A stretch of DNA of 60,183 nucleotides, filler included, from Sluysia triapertura (taxonomy: Eukaryota), in assembly GCA_046118255.1 (NCBI GenBank). It is 4 parts of 4 records of this genome, joined end to end, with 100 filler letters (N's around TTAATTAATTAA, not from the genome) between each part and the next. Parts side by side here need not be neighbours in the genome. Positions count along the whole stretch, not along the records: positions 11,046 to 38,087 come from JBJNIA010077603.1; 3 more parts are not named here. The stretch is one strand, 5' to 3'. A model generated the notes under the pieces. The model was given only the letters and a program-made list of their open reading frames with translations, ran no database searches and was not told where the DNA came from. The position numbers were made by a program, and so were the translations under genes. Below, in pieces: positions 11,046-24,002 of the stretch (its first letter is position 1; the number at the start of each line of letters is the position of its first letter).

Positions 11046-13620
11046 ATAAAGTATAGTGATAATTTGTTTAATCCAATGTCAACTGATTCCATGTTTCATG
11101 GTGCATTTCCATTTCCAACTAACAAGTCACTTTATCCTCCAAGTATTCAATATAATTTATTATCATTACAATATCAAAGGCCTCTCGGTATCAATAACGT
11201 ACGTTTCTTACATGAAAATTCTTGTTCCAGTCCTTTCCTAGAACACGTATTTTTATATTCGTTATTAATTATACATTTGTTTTATTGTTGTTTAATTTTC
11301 TTTGAAAAGATAACAAATTTTGTTAATTGGTCGAATTTCGTTACAATGTTAAATTGTCTAATTTTCGTAGGCCTTAAGCCTATTTTGTTAAATAAAATAA
11401 AAACATGTTCAAATTGTTTACGTTTATTTAATCCAAATAATTTATAAATTAAAATATTTTACGCCCTCCACACCTGTCAAGAACCGATTGCGTAAATTTA
11501 GGCTTTTAAGAATTTGTTTGAAAGCAAAAACTATTATTTTAAAATAATTTCATACAAAGTGTTAAATCAGATGTAATATATAGATGTTCGATTAGACTTT
11601 CATGTTCATAAATAAAGGAGTTATTTTTATTTATATAATTAACATAATTAATTATAATTAATTATTTATATAATTAATTATATTTATATAATTCATATAG
11701 GTTATTCGTTATACAATAAGTCCAAAATAATGAGTTTCATAACAAATGTTAATGTTAAAAAATTAAAAATATGAATATCAATTATTAAACATAAAAATTT
11801 AGCCTTCAAACATACAAGAGAACATTTTGAGTATCTTAACAAAATAAATTATTTCTGTCTATATTCCTAAATGCCTAAACTTATGCAATCCTCCTTCACA
11901 AGTTGTAACAATATACGTCTTTATTTTTTTAATCTATAGATAAGAAATTTAATATAAAATGAGAAAATAAGATTTTTAGTTATTTAAAGTTATGATATTA
12001 TAAAATTGTAATAGTAAAATTTTAAATAAATCTAAAATTATCTTAGTGAACTCAAAATAACCACCTTAAATATCCTAAAATTAAAAACGGAATGCAATAA
12101 CACAAATTTGAATTTGTCACATTTAAGTAACTGGTCAAAACTATTAAAAATCAAATATCTAATCAATATTTGTGTAAAGAGAAATACTTAATTGCAATTT
12201 GAAAAGAAAAGAAATATTTGCATGCATGTAGGAATGCCTGATTTAGTTCAGGATAAAATTTTGAGTAAAATCGTGTAATAATTTGCAGATATTTTAATAT
12301 TACCTTAAAGTCAGTCTAAACTTTATGCACTTTATTAAGTTTAGAAAGATAATTTTTAAATATTCACTTTTTCTTTGTATTCATTTACAGCAATTAAAGT
12401 TCGTCTATTTGGAATTTTTGATATTTAGATTAAGTAACGAATATTGGATAAGTAAATTCTACAGGTTTACCTACTCCGAGGTTATAAGATGTATACTATA
12501 GACGGACTTAGCATAAAATTAATTAAATTTACATTGTAATAACCCGGCATGTTTTTATAATTATTCTTCATAAGTGGACTAATCTAGATCATCGATTCAG
12601 TTTTATAAGTAAAGTTTATAATTTTATTTTTTAATTAAAAAATCCTTCAGTATAAATTTAAATGTTAATAAAATGATTCAACAAATGATTATATGAGAGA
12701 GATTTATGTAAATTGTAAAATTACATTCAATAAATGGAAGAATAAAGACCCAAATAAATTGTTTAATCATGATAGATCAAATTATTTTTAACCAATTTAT
12801 ACCAAATAAAAATTTGTTTCTGTTCCACTAGTTTTATATCGATTTTATATATCAGATTCATTTAACTTTAGAGTGACTGAGATTGGGAAGTATAAGTCAG
12901 ATAATAAATAAATCGAATTTTATAAAATTTCGAATTAGACACAAAAATGTCAATATTCCTAAATTTTATCAATTTTTGAGTTTTATCAAATTCATCAAGA
13001 ATATTCTTATCTATAATATCCTTTACATCTATTAACAAAAATAGAGTAGTTGCAGCCAACATTTCCGAGTGATTAATTTTATGTAATGAAAATAAAAAAT
13101 GAAGATTTGCCTTCTTTTCGACTATCAATCATTTGGGAGTAAATTAAAAAAATTATACAACAGTACGGACATCTGAATTAAATATATTGTGCTCATAAGA
13201 CAAAATGAAATAAATTATAATTCAGATGATACGATTAGATAGCTTTACTAAGTGTACATGCACCAATACAGCAGAATATTATAAGGATTTGATACTTTTA
13301 TTGAATTTTTCTTTTTACTAAACATTTATTTCTAATCAATACTAAAAAATAATTGGCCATCACTTTCATTATCATTTTCATTTAAGATAATGACTGTTGA
13401 TTAATTTTCATCCTAATTAATAGAAGTGTACTAATAAAAATTAAAAAGTTAATTAAGTTTTTCAAGGTGATCAGAATTTTGAAATTTTTTATTAAGGATC
13501 TTAAATACTTGAGAACAAAAACAGAATAGTTCCTGGGTTATGTTGTATTGTTAAAATGGAATGACTTACACATAATTGATAATATTAGTAATAATATAAT
13601 TAAAAATAATAATAATGCAA

Positions 13621-13668
<48 letters not shown>
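13621..13668. repeat. (AAT)n microsatellite
   Basis: Perfect trinucleotide run. Confidence 0.98.
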
Positions 13669-13669
<1 letters not shown>

Positions 13670-13799
13670 CGTTAAATCTAGAATCAAGACATTATTAATG
13701 TAAACATTTTAAAATTAATTGTTATACAATTTATACAAATTCATAGATAATAAGGTTATGTACCTTTAGTTTCAAAAAATAAACTAGCTACCAGCTAAT

Positions 13800-13950
13800 G
13801 TTAAATTACTGAAAATTATGAAATATTTAATAAATGATAAAGTTATTTCTATTTCAGAAATATAATGAATGATTTATTTTAAGCGCTTTTGAGTGCTTAT
13901 TTAAACAGTAGATTTTAGCGTGTTATAAATTAACGTATTTTTATTATTGA
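13800..13950 (+). mobile_element. 3' end of an L2/CR1-type LINE
   Basis: taagcgcttttgagt...cagtaga...agcg...ataaattaa matches the tail of the LINE at 35520-36180 (reverse). Confidence 0.6.
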
Positions 13951-16911
13951 TTTATTAATTAAGGCTTGGAAACTGTGATAAACGTTCTAAGGTAAGAGCA
14001 CATTAATTAATTTAATTAATGTTTTTTGAAATATATTCAGCTAAAAGTGATATTTCTAGAAAATTCATGCACTAAATGAAATAACAGTTTTTCACAATAA
14101 CTTTTCACAATCTAGCTAAGAAAATTAATAGAAATAACACAAAAATTATTTTAATTAATTTTATAAGTTTAAAACAAATTTATTTCATAGAATGAAGGGA
14201 AAATGAAAGGCATATACAAAACGAAACTTTGATATGATTTCGAATCGAATGGTCACTTTCTAGGAAAACGTAATGTTAACATATTACATATCTTTAAAAG
14301 TTATTATAAATATGAAAAACTATCTAAATTTAAGTAGACTAATACAATGTTAATTAATGTTTAAGCGAGTAGTCAAAAGAAATATAATTAATCAAATTAA
14401 TCATTATTAGAAGATTAGTTACTAGACGTTAATTTATCAAAAGATTTTCGGCTTGAGTAAACTCAGAGATTGGCTATGCCTATACGTCAAAGCAATTGCG
14501 CTGAGGTAGCCAAATTCACATTTGCATGCATAACAGTTAATTATAAGGCCTATAATTCGGCCATTTTGTTTTGAATAATTTTATTTTAATTATTATTATA
14601 GTATTACTTTTTTTAAATATTATTATTATATTATTAATATTACTTAATTTTTTTTATTTGCAAACTTTTTCTAGAATTCTTCTTAATACACAAACTTCTA
14701 CATAAAATTAACTAATTATTTGATGTTTGGATTGAAGGTATTTCGTAGAATGAAAGAGTATTAACTTCTTTTCTTCTTATTTTAAGTACATTCTTTATGT
14801 TTGATCTTTAATTTCTTCGTACACGAAGTCTGAATCATTTCATATATTATTTGGTATTTACGTATCAGATAGTTTAGTAATGTTTAAATTGATGTTATAA
14901 ATTGTGAGTATATGATGCACGACGCATAAAGAATTATTTAGCGATTTCTAGACCTGTGATAAGTGCATTTACTTATTTATATTGTAATGTTTTAATATTA
15001 TGTAAATATAATTTATTCACGTTTTAGGTGATCTTTAGGATGAGTTTATTAAGTATTCTAAAAATGTGTGGATATAAAGTAAATTAAATGAGTTATGTTA
15101 TAATCTATGTTATATTTTAATATTGTATTCATGTCAGTTGTTTGGTTTTATGCAGGGTGAATTTGTCTAATATTATTATTATTATCATTTAATTTCTACG
15201 TAATCAATAAAAACATGATGACGTATTAACATGGTGAATTTTACATAAAGCATAAATTATACTCAAAAAAGATTTTCAAAATAACTAATAAAAGATTGAA
15301 ATGAAACAAAAATAAAATATAAATAAAAATTATAAATATAATAAAGTTTTTCATAATAATAATAATAATTTAAAAATTTTTATACCAGCAAGAATAACAA
15401 AACAGACTAATAAATTTTAATAATAATAGTAAAAATAATTTAATAATAATTTGTTAAAAATAATTTAATATTTGTTAAATTCTTAAAATTAAGTTTTAAT
15501 ATTTACAAATTTTGTTTGGAATATCAAAGGCTGTGGAATGTTGTTTGAATAAAAGAAAGAGATTTTAATATTAAAAAGTTAAATAAAATTGAAATAAAAA
15601 AGAATTAAGAATTATTTAGAGGTTTTAGATATTGGCTCGTGCATTTATAACTGAACGCTTATTTGTGATAGTTGTGCTTTAATTTTGTGATAATTGATAA
15701 GTGCGATTTATTATTTTGATTATTGTGTTTAAATGTGAATAATTTAGCAAATAATAATATTGTTAAATACACAACATATCGAATCAATAAGCAAAATTGA
15801 CAGTACGGTAAAACAAATAATTTAGAAATTTCTATGATAAGTTTTATTTTTATATATTACACTAACAATCTTAACCAATCATTTGCGTATAATATTAAAT
15901 TAAACTGAAATCTTAAGAACCGTTTAGACATTTCTTTAAACACGTTTATGAAAAGGAAGAAATCAAATTGATGATGTTCCATTAATTAAATGAATAAAAT
16001 AATTTTTATAATAATTTTAATCAATAACAAAAAATAAAATCAAATCTTTTAATAATGAAATTTTTACAATTCATATTTAGTCATAATAACAATATTACAA
16101 TAAGTTATTGGTATATTTAATGATTATGACTATAATAATCATGCCAATCAATAAATAATACAGTTACCTTGACTTGGCTATACGAATAGATGATAGATTT
16201 ATTCGAATGGGCTTTGCTTAAGTTGAATGTCAAAAAAATAAAGGATTATTTAAACTATTATTATAATTGTGGTTACGTCATGAAACATCGAATAACCATG
16301 TTTTAATTTGATTTTGCATCAAAAGTTTAATAGCATGTATTTGAATTATATTATTACTATTAATGTTATTATAATCATCAAAATTGTAATTATTATTAGT
16401 GTAAAATAGGATATAGCAGATTAATGATATTACATTTTCTGTGTTATCAGTAAAATAATAAAAATAGAATATATTCAAACAATTAAGATACATTACCGAG
16501 TTTTATTTTATTATTACAATGTGATAACTAATCTTAATTTCCTAACAAAGTTTAATACATTGTATTTTGATTAATTTTTTGTATTGTATTTGCGGTGGTT
16601 CAGCCGACGACTACGTACACATCACATAAATCAATAACACGCAAACCTTGCCTATATCATTCATAACATTACATTATTCATCGCTCCTTCAACATTATAA
16701 ATTCACATATACCTAATAAAATTTGTTTCATTAACATTCTAAATTAGAACAGTAAGCATGACACCCACTGTCAGCCTGTCGTCATTGTAGCACACCTTTT
16801 CTCGTGTCTAAAATTTTCCATTTTTATATTTTATATTTTTTACAATTTTATATTTTTGCGATTGTATAATTACAAAATTATATAATTGCAAAAATATAAA
16901 ATTATATAATT

Positions 16912-17149
16912 TTTTTAAAGAAATTAATTACTGATTCAGGCCCAGGTAGAGTGATGAAAAGATTGGTTAAAAATGTTGTTGTTTTCTTATCAGTGCTATT
17001 AAGTTTATAATCATTCTACCTGGGCCTGAACCAATGAGTGATACTTCACAAACAATTATAAACTTAATAGTACTGATAAGAAAAACATTTTAAATCAATC
17101 TTTTCGTCACTCTACCTGGGTCTGAACCAGTAATTAATTTCTTTAAAAA
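16912..17149. repeat. Nested ~238-bp hairpin (MITE-like) with a third copy of its core motif in the loop
   Basis: Arms ttttaaagaaattaattactgattcaggcccaggtagagtga... and ...tcactctacctgggtctgaaccagtaattaatttctttaaaa. An extra tctacctgggcctgaacca lies at about 17015-17033. Confidence 0.85.
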
Positions 17150-17369
17150 TAAGTTTTGCACAACTAAATCAATCTTTATATCATCACATACTCACGGTCT
17201 TCGTCAAATATTTTAAAATAACATTCAATATGATATTTTGTACCATAAAAACTACAAAATAAGAATCGATATTTATCATGAAAACATAGTCTTATAACAG
17301 AATTTGTCATTAGGACAAATATTGCATCGATGACTGAAATATGAATGTTAAATTTGTTTCAGATTGTTA

Positions 17370-17810
17370 ACCAGTTTGAGGTTCATGAGATAAATATTGT
17401 CCAACGAAATTGTTCGCTGTACTTGAAAGATACTCTGACTGGGGTGGTTGCAATACAAATTGTACAATCTTTTCCATGACTTAACTTAAATTTAATATTT
17501 GAATTATAATAATCTCGGGTGATTGAATCACATGTTCCGAGGATTATTTAACATTGGAATATTTTTCTTCCCAAAAATCCAATTTAGAACAAACATATGC
17601 ATCAACTGATTGCAGTTTATCAGTAGCTATTAGCTCTACTTTATTGATAACCTTCAATTGATTTTCACTCCATGTTAAAGTAGAACTAAGTATAATTTTG
17701 ATTCTTTATCCCTTGATAATATTCACGGGATAATCAGCTAGCCTTGACAATGACTTTAAACCACTATTATTTAGCTGAGAAGTTTCTTCCAGAATATTAT
17801 TATCAATCAT
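17370..17810 (-). pseudogene. Perilipin (PAT-domain)-like gene fragment inside the foldback element
   Basis: Translates ...LSRLADYPV...LSSTLTWSENQLK...LQSVDAYVCSKLDFWEEKYSNVK*SSEHVI..., then after frameshifts SEQ/FVGQYLSHE. Perilipin motifs are RVxxLP, YACKGLDxIEExLPILxQP and SExxVDQYLP. Stops at 17706-08 and 17544-46. Confidence 0.6.
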
Positions 17811-19066
17811 AGAGTAAATAGTCTTGAAAGCTTTTTAAAACATTTTGAAATAACTTTAAAATTATGATGCCCTATTGCATAGGTCATTGCTTTGACCTGT
17901 ACCTTTCATGTAAACAAAAAATAATCTTTTTCAGATATAGCATAAAATTAAAAATTATAAAAATTCGAAATTACAAGATATCTAAATATAAAATATAAAA
18001 TTATATAATTATGTAATTATACAATTGCAAAAATATAAAATTATGCAATTATAGAATTATAAAATTGTAAAAAATATAAAATATAAAAATGGAAAAATTT
18101 TAGACACGAGAAAAGGTGTTGTGCTACAATGACGATGGGCTGACGTGGGTATCATGCTTACTGTTCTAATTTAGAATGTTAGTGAAACAAATTTTATTAG
18201 GCATGTGTGAATTTATAATGTTGAAGGAGCAATGAATAATGTAGTGTTATGAATGATATAGGCAAGACATGTTGTAATGTATTTTTGCAATGATGTTTGT
18301 GTGTTATTGATTGATATGATTTATGTGATGTGTACGCAGTCGTCAGTTGACCCACCACATTATTATACTTGACGTTGATTTCGAAACTGGAGATCGAAAT
18401 CTGATCTCAAAGACCGCAACTGATGTCATGGCAAAAGATTTTAGAAAGGTAGAAAAAAAAATATAATGAATAATGTTTAACAAAAAATCAGTGTTTAAAA
18501 TATTAATAAAAAACCACTTTTGGAACAATTAATTCAGTTAATTAAGGAGTGTAAAGTATGGTCCCAATAATTGTTTAGAAAAATGATGGTAAAAATTGTT
18601 TGAAAAATGAAACATTATAATGCTGGTAAACGATAAATCAACAATGCTAAAGTTTACACTTTTCATCAAAAACAATATTGAAACATAAAATGGAGTAAAA
18701 CTATATGATGATCTACCTTAATCAGAGTTGATATTCCATGCTTTTCAAAAAAATTGACAAATAAGAACTTTAGATGACTCAGTTGATGCGGAAAAGAATT
18801 TGAAATCACTCTAAGTAAAGGACACACTACTACACAGAGTGTAAAATGTTACTTAATGGAAAAGTCAAAACTAATGAACAGTAAAATAAAAGCGCAAACG
18901 TAATTGTTTAAAATTAAAGGAAAATAAATACCGAAAATAAAATAAGTACGATTACATATGTCTTAGAGTGAAAAAACATTTTTAATGTTTTCCCATACTT
19001 AGGAAAATGTATTGTTTATACAAAAATGCATATACATTAGGAAAAATTCAAACAAAAAAGACAAAC

Positions 19067-20886
19067 CTCTAACATGCAATCAACCCAACCCCCATGACCC
19101 ACTTGCAAATTCCGTACTATATCCAAGTCAAGATCAATTACAACTCGATTTCCCATTTGAATACCTTGACTCGTACCTCCAGAATTTGTAAATCCTAACA
19201 ATGGTAAATGATCTTTGTAAACAGAAAGCCCTTTAGCTTCTACCACAACCTGAAATCAAAAAATATATTCTAAATTGTTATTTTAAGATTACTATTAAGT
19301 TATGGAAAAATTACACAAAAGTGAGGTTTTCCTCGCGTTTTATTAAGCGCAGCCTGCTTGCAGAATTTATTTCAGTTTGTTTAGCTAAAATATTTTGTTA
19401 AAGTTAACATAAATTAATAATTGACTCAGTTGGAGAAAAAAATTAAAAACTATATTTCCATACCAGAGACAAGTCAAAAGTACGCACAATAATTTACAGT
19501 TATAATCATAAAATAAAGTGAGTAAAGATAATGAAACATCGATTTTCAATAAAAATATAAACCTAAGGTATAAATTATCTCATTATTTAAAATATCACTA
19601 AGAATACAATTCATATAATATAAAGAAAAAAATTTTTAAAAATTAATTCACAATGTGCACTGAGAACAATTACCGCATATCATGCTTAAAAACAAAATAA
19701 TAAAAACATTTTAATTATGTCTTTTAAAATTTTATGTATTTCATTATATGTTCATTACTAGAATGCGATATTATAAGATTCTACCATCATTTATTTTATT
19801 GTGATTAAAATGTTTATTTCTTCCTCAATAATTTTTATTTAAAACTATTAATTAAACTGTTAACTATACCTTTAAATCTGACATTCCATCATGACCCACT
19901 CGATAAAGATTTTTGCCACCACATTCCCAAATAACATAAGCAGCCGATCTCGAAGAGCTACCACACCAATCTTGAATTTCTGTAACTTTACCTTTATGAC
20001 CTGCCCCTCCGTCTTGATCACTCCATTGCCAATCTACACCACGAACAACTCGAGCACCTGTGAACAATCCTTTGCATAACAATTTTTTACTTTTCCGACG
20101 ACATTCTACAACCATTTTACTAAAAAATAAAAACCTTTATGTTTGTAATGTAATACACAACTTTAAATTATGAATGTTATAATAATTATATTATAACTAT
20201 AATAATGAATGTCACAAGGATTGTGTTATTTTACTTAAGTCGCATAATTTTAATATAAAGAAATATACAAATAAAATACAAATATGATAAAGTAAATATG
20301 ATAAATACAAATGAAACTCATTACAAATTTACCTTCATGAAATTTTAATAAATTCAAAAAACTTATGAATTAATACAAAATAAATAAAAACGGAGAATAA
20401 AACTTACGAAGTATTATTTGGATATATAATTCTAACAAAACGATGGCGTAAGTTATGCCGATCTCCATGATAACATAAAGAACATAAATCTGTATTTAAG
20501 CATTCAATACATTTCCAGCGAATACCTGTAATTGGATTCTAAATCAAAAATATGCATTTGATTAACAAATTTAAATTCTTTAAATACAAAACAATATGTT
20601 TAGTAAGAAATATTCAACATACCTGATGACAATATTCACACTTTACGTCAGCATGTCTCACTCCAGTGGGTGCATTATCAACTATGCGTAAATCATAATT
20701 TGAACCACATCTATAATTTGCAGCAGTGCCATTATCCCAAACAACGACAACTTCTTCGGCAGATTCAAAACTTCGTACAGTTCCCATATGACCTTCACCA
20801 CCATCTTGGCGATTCCATTTCCAATCTGGTCCTCTCATAACACGACTCCCAATGTCATCTTGGAGAAATTTTTGAGTTGCTGACAT
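19067..20886 (-). CDS. mib1: E3 ubiquitin ligase mind bomb, 5' part (exons 20886-20623, 20538-20408, 20119-19870, 19249-19067): MIB/HERC2, ZZ finger, MIB/HERC2, start of MIB repeat
   Basis: [21 protein letters not shown]...[17 protein letters not shown] finger [16 protein letters not shown]...[36 protein letters not shown], and YKDHLPLLG...LQVGHGGW. All junctions are GT-AG with consistent phases. Downstream exons were not found. Confidence 0.95.
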
Positions 20887-22341
20887 TCAAGAGTATTCGA
20901 AAGTAATTTTTAATTGTTGAAATAAGTGAAAGTAATTGGAATTGATTTTAAAAAGTTTAAAAATTAATATAAAAATTGTTATCAATTTTGTTTTATGGCA
21001 TAATTTTTATCAAAGTACAATATAGTTTCATGTTAAAAATTGAGTTTAAATTTTTTATTATCATTATGAAAAAATTGATTAATTTAAACAAAATTAATTA
21101 TTTATTTTAAAATTTTTATTTAATTATTTGAAATATTATGAATAAGAAGTTATATTAAAATTGTTCACTAAAAATTATAATATTTTAAATTAATAAAGAT
21201 AATTATTATAAAATTTTGATATGCACAAAACAAGTTTATTAGCCACCAATATAGTTTACTCGTGATTAATCTTCTAGCATTTGTAGTATAAACAGTTTTA
21301 ATCAAATAGACTATGTCTTTACTTAACCATCAAACTTAAGCGACGAAATTTTGTAAACATTTAAGTTAATCGTTTCACTTAATTTCAGATAACATCCTTG
21401 AATATTTAAACTCAAACCTTGAAATAAAAATATAATTAAGACATTAAATACATCACAAAAATACTAATAAAAATTAATAATACATATAAGTAGAGCTTAT
21501 ACCACAACGATTATAAAATCTAGTTTCTGAAATGAGGTCCAGATACATTGTTATAGTTAAACCAATACTAAATTTGACTAAATAAAAGTAATTTGTTAAA
21601 TATTCTTTATGGCATTTAATTCTGCATTGAAAGTTCCAAAGTACCATTTCCGTTAGAGTATTTTTCAAATGTAGTAGTAAAGAAAATTCTAAATATAAAG
21701 TAATTATTATTTTATTAATTTTTTATCATTATTAAAATGTTTAATCATTGTTTTATATAATTTTTATCAATCTTTTTATTTTATTATTTTTTGTGTCGCA
21801 TTATTTTTAAATTTTACGTTTTATGTGACCTTAAAAGTAATGCGAAAGTAATTCTATTTTTATAATTACTTAAATTTTTAAAAGCGATATTGAAGTTTGT
21901 AGTAATAATAACTGTATCATTAAAAGCAGCCATAATAACAAAAAATTGTGAGAGTGATAATAATGCAAGGTTTAATATGTTGTGTCTTCTAATACTTTTA
22001 TTTTCCCAAATTATTAAATTAGAACTCAATAACTAATAATCCATATATTCTTTATATTATCATAAGATTACAACTAAAATATTCTTTTAATAATAACAAT
22101 ACAAACTATTCTTTGCAACAATAATTGTACACATTATTCATTATAACAATATGAATTATTCTTCAATGACAAATATTAACCAGGGGTGACACAACTTATT
22201 TAAATTTTCGCACCCGTATTAATACAAAATATAATCAATATAAAATTATTCACTAACCCTTATTCCTCTAACTCTCAATATTTATTTTAATCAATTACTA
22301 AAGAATAAGCCCTGACATCACCGTTAATCACAGATGAATCA

Positions 22342-22506
22342 AGGCAGCATCCCTACAACTAGAAAGTTTTCTTTAATTTTCTTAATTCTTGTTTCTATCG
22401 CTTTTCACTTCTGTTTTTCTTGCAGAAATGTAACTGCTTATGTAGCAGGTTTTATGGTAATTAGAAAAATTAAAAATAAGAAATCGAACAAGATGGAAAT
22501 TAAAGC
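22342..22506. repeat. Unclassified interspersed repeat, copy 2
   Basis: Colinear with 3974-4112. Confidence 0.75.
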
Positions 22507-22892
22507 GGTCGATTTTTTTAGTGGACAGATTTTTTTAGTTGAAGAACCAATCAGATCAGTTGTACATTTTAGTGTAATTATTAACTACTCCCATCAGTTA
22601 GAAAATTTTTATTATACAACTGTTGCACTTATTAACAATAATTGTGCAATTACAATTAAAACTTACAATTGACTATTTTTATACAATTATGAATAACATT
22701 TTTTGGTAATATTTTGTTATATCAACTTTGAAAGATGCTCTCCGCTTATTATATTGATATATTGAATAATATATTCAATCCTACAAATCCTAACGATCTA
22801 GTGAATATTTGAAAATATGTTAAACACTACAATATTAGATTAAAGATGAATAACAAATATAACATAATATTCAATCGCTTTTAGGAGCTAAT

Positions 22893-23150
22893 ATGGCGTT
22901 ATGTACAAATGAATTTAATAGATTAATTTTAGAAAGTCAAAAATTGCAAGATGATACTGGAAGAATCAAATATACTTTGGATTATTTACCCATTTCATTA
23001 AATTATATCCGAGAAGATCTTCAATTCAAATGGATTAAAATTAATAAAGAACAAAACCATGAAATTGTCATTTATAATGTTTGTTTTCAGTTCCTTTATC
23101 CTAGGCTCGATAGTAATGTTCTAAAACAATTTATTCATCAAAATTTAGAG
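22893..23150 (+). pseudogene. DNA primase small subunit (PRIM1-like) internal fragment
   Basis: FNRLILESQKL...LDYLP...CFQFLYPRLDSNVLKQFIH resembles the PriS motif LQYxYPRLDxNVSKxxNHLLK. It lacks the following KSPF and the N-terminal catalytic motifs. Confidence 0.55.
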
Positions 23151-23879
23151 AAGGTGATTACTTGGCTGGACATCACTGAAAGTATGCTCATTATAAATAG
23201 ATGTGAGGTTCATGATTACAAGTGTTAGTAACAAAACCAGATTGTGCATTAACAACTTCAGAAATCAAAAGATCAACTGAAAATGTAAAAGAGAATATAT
23301 TATGCGAACTTCTACTGAATTAATCAAAATTAGCAAAGATAAATTTAACATGACTCAAAATAAGCTCAATTTTCCAATGAGAAGAGATATGACGATTTTT
23401 ACTAACGTGAATAATCTAAATCAAAATTTTAAGCTCACACCAATAGTTAGTAATATAATCTGTGACTACTTTGAACCATGTAAAAGAACGTTGATTGCCA
23501 TTGTACAAGTTAAAGGAAATCGAGTATTACATATAAAATTAACTAGATGTTGGAATCACAACATTAGAAAAGACGAAAAATCTTAAATCATATGTTCCTT
23601 TATAGAAAGTTTGGTAAAATGCTTGATATCCAGAATTTTCCAGAAATAAAGAACGAGTCCAAAACATTAACTCGAACGCAACGACCAATACAGTGATTCA
23701 ATAGAGAATCACCAACGTCACTTGAATAATACTCGATCAATTCTATATTTCGATATGACCTTAGACAACAACTACGTACAGACTCTGGCCTGATCAATTC
23801 TTGTCTGATCGAAATTACTTTTCTAAAGTTGCTTTCTTTTGTAAAGGCATCTGAACTTTAGCATTTGAATTGGTGTTTG

Positions 23880-24002
23880 AACTTTTACATTCGTATATAT
23901 TGAAATAATCTATATATTTAAATGAATTTTTGAAATAATTTATGCATTTAAACTTTTACATTTGTATATATCGAAATAATTTATGTATTTAAATGAATTT
24001 TT
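23880..24002. repeat. Two-copy tandem repeat, ~71-bp period
   Basis: aacttttacatt(c/t)gtatatat(t/c)gaaataat(c/t)tat(a/g)tatttaaatgaattttt occurs twice. Confidence 0.85.

Larger units (their letters stand above)
16591..18359. mobile_element. Foldback/Pack-type element with ~300-360 bp terminal inverted repeats (about 16591-16887 and 17998-18359), TG...CA ends
   Basis: Long high-identity reverse-complement match, e.g. aacattctaaattagaacagtaagcatga vs tcatgcttactgttctaatttagaatgtt, and accttttctcgtgtctaaaatt vs aattttagacacgagaaaaggt. No transposase inside. TSD unclear (tatt on the left, t-tatt on the right). Confidence 0.8.

Noticed and set aside
19891-20079. Plus-strand ORF overlapping mib1 exon 3; likewise 30631+, 31263+ and 59042-
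   Set aside because: Antisense shadows of real coding or element sequence.
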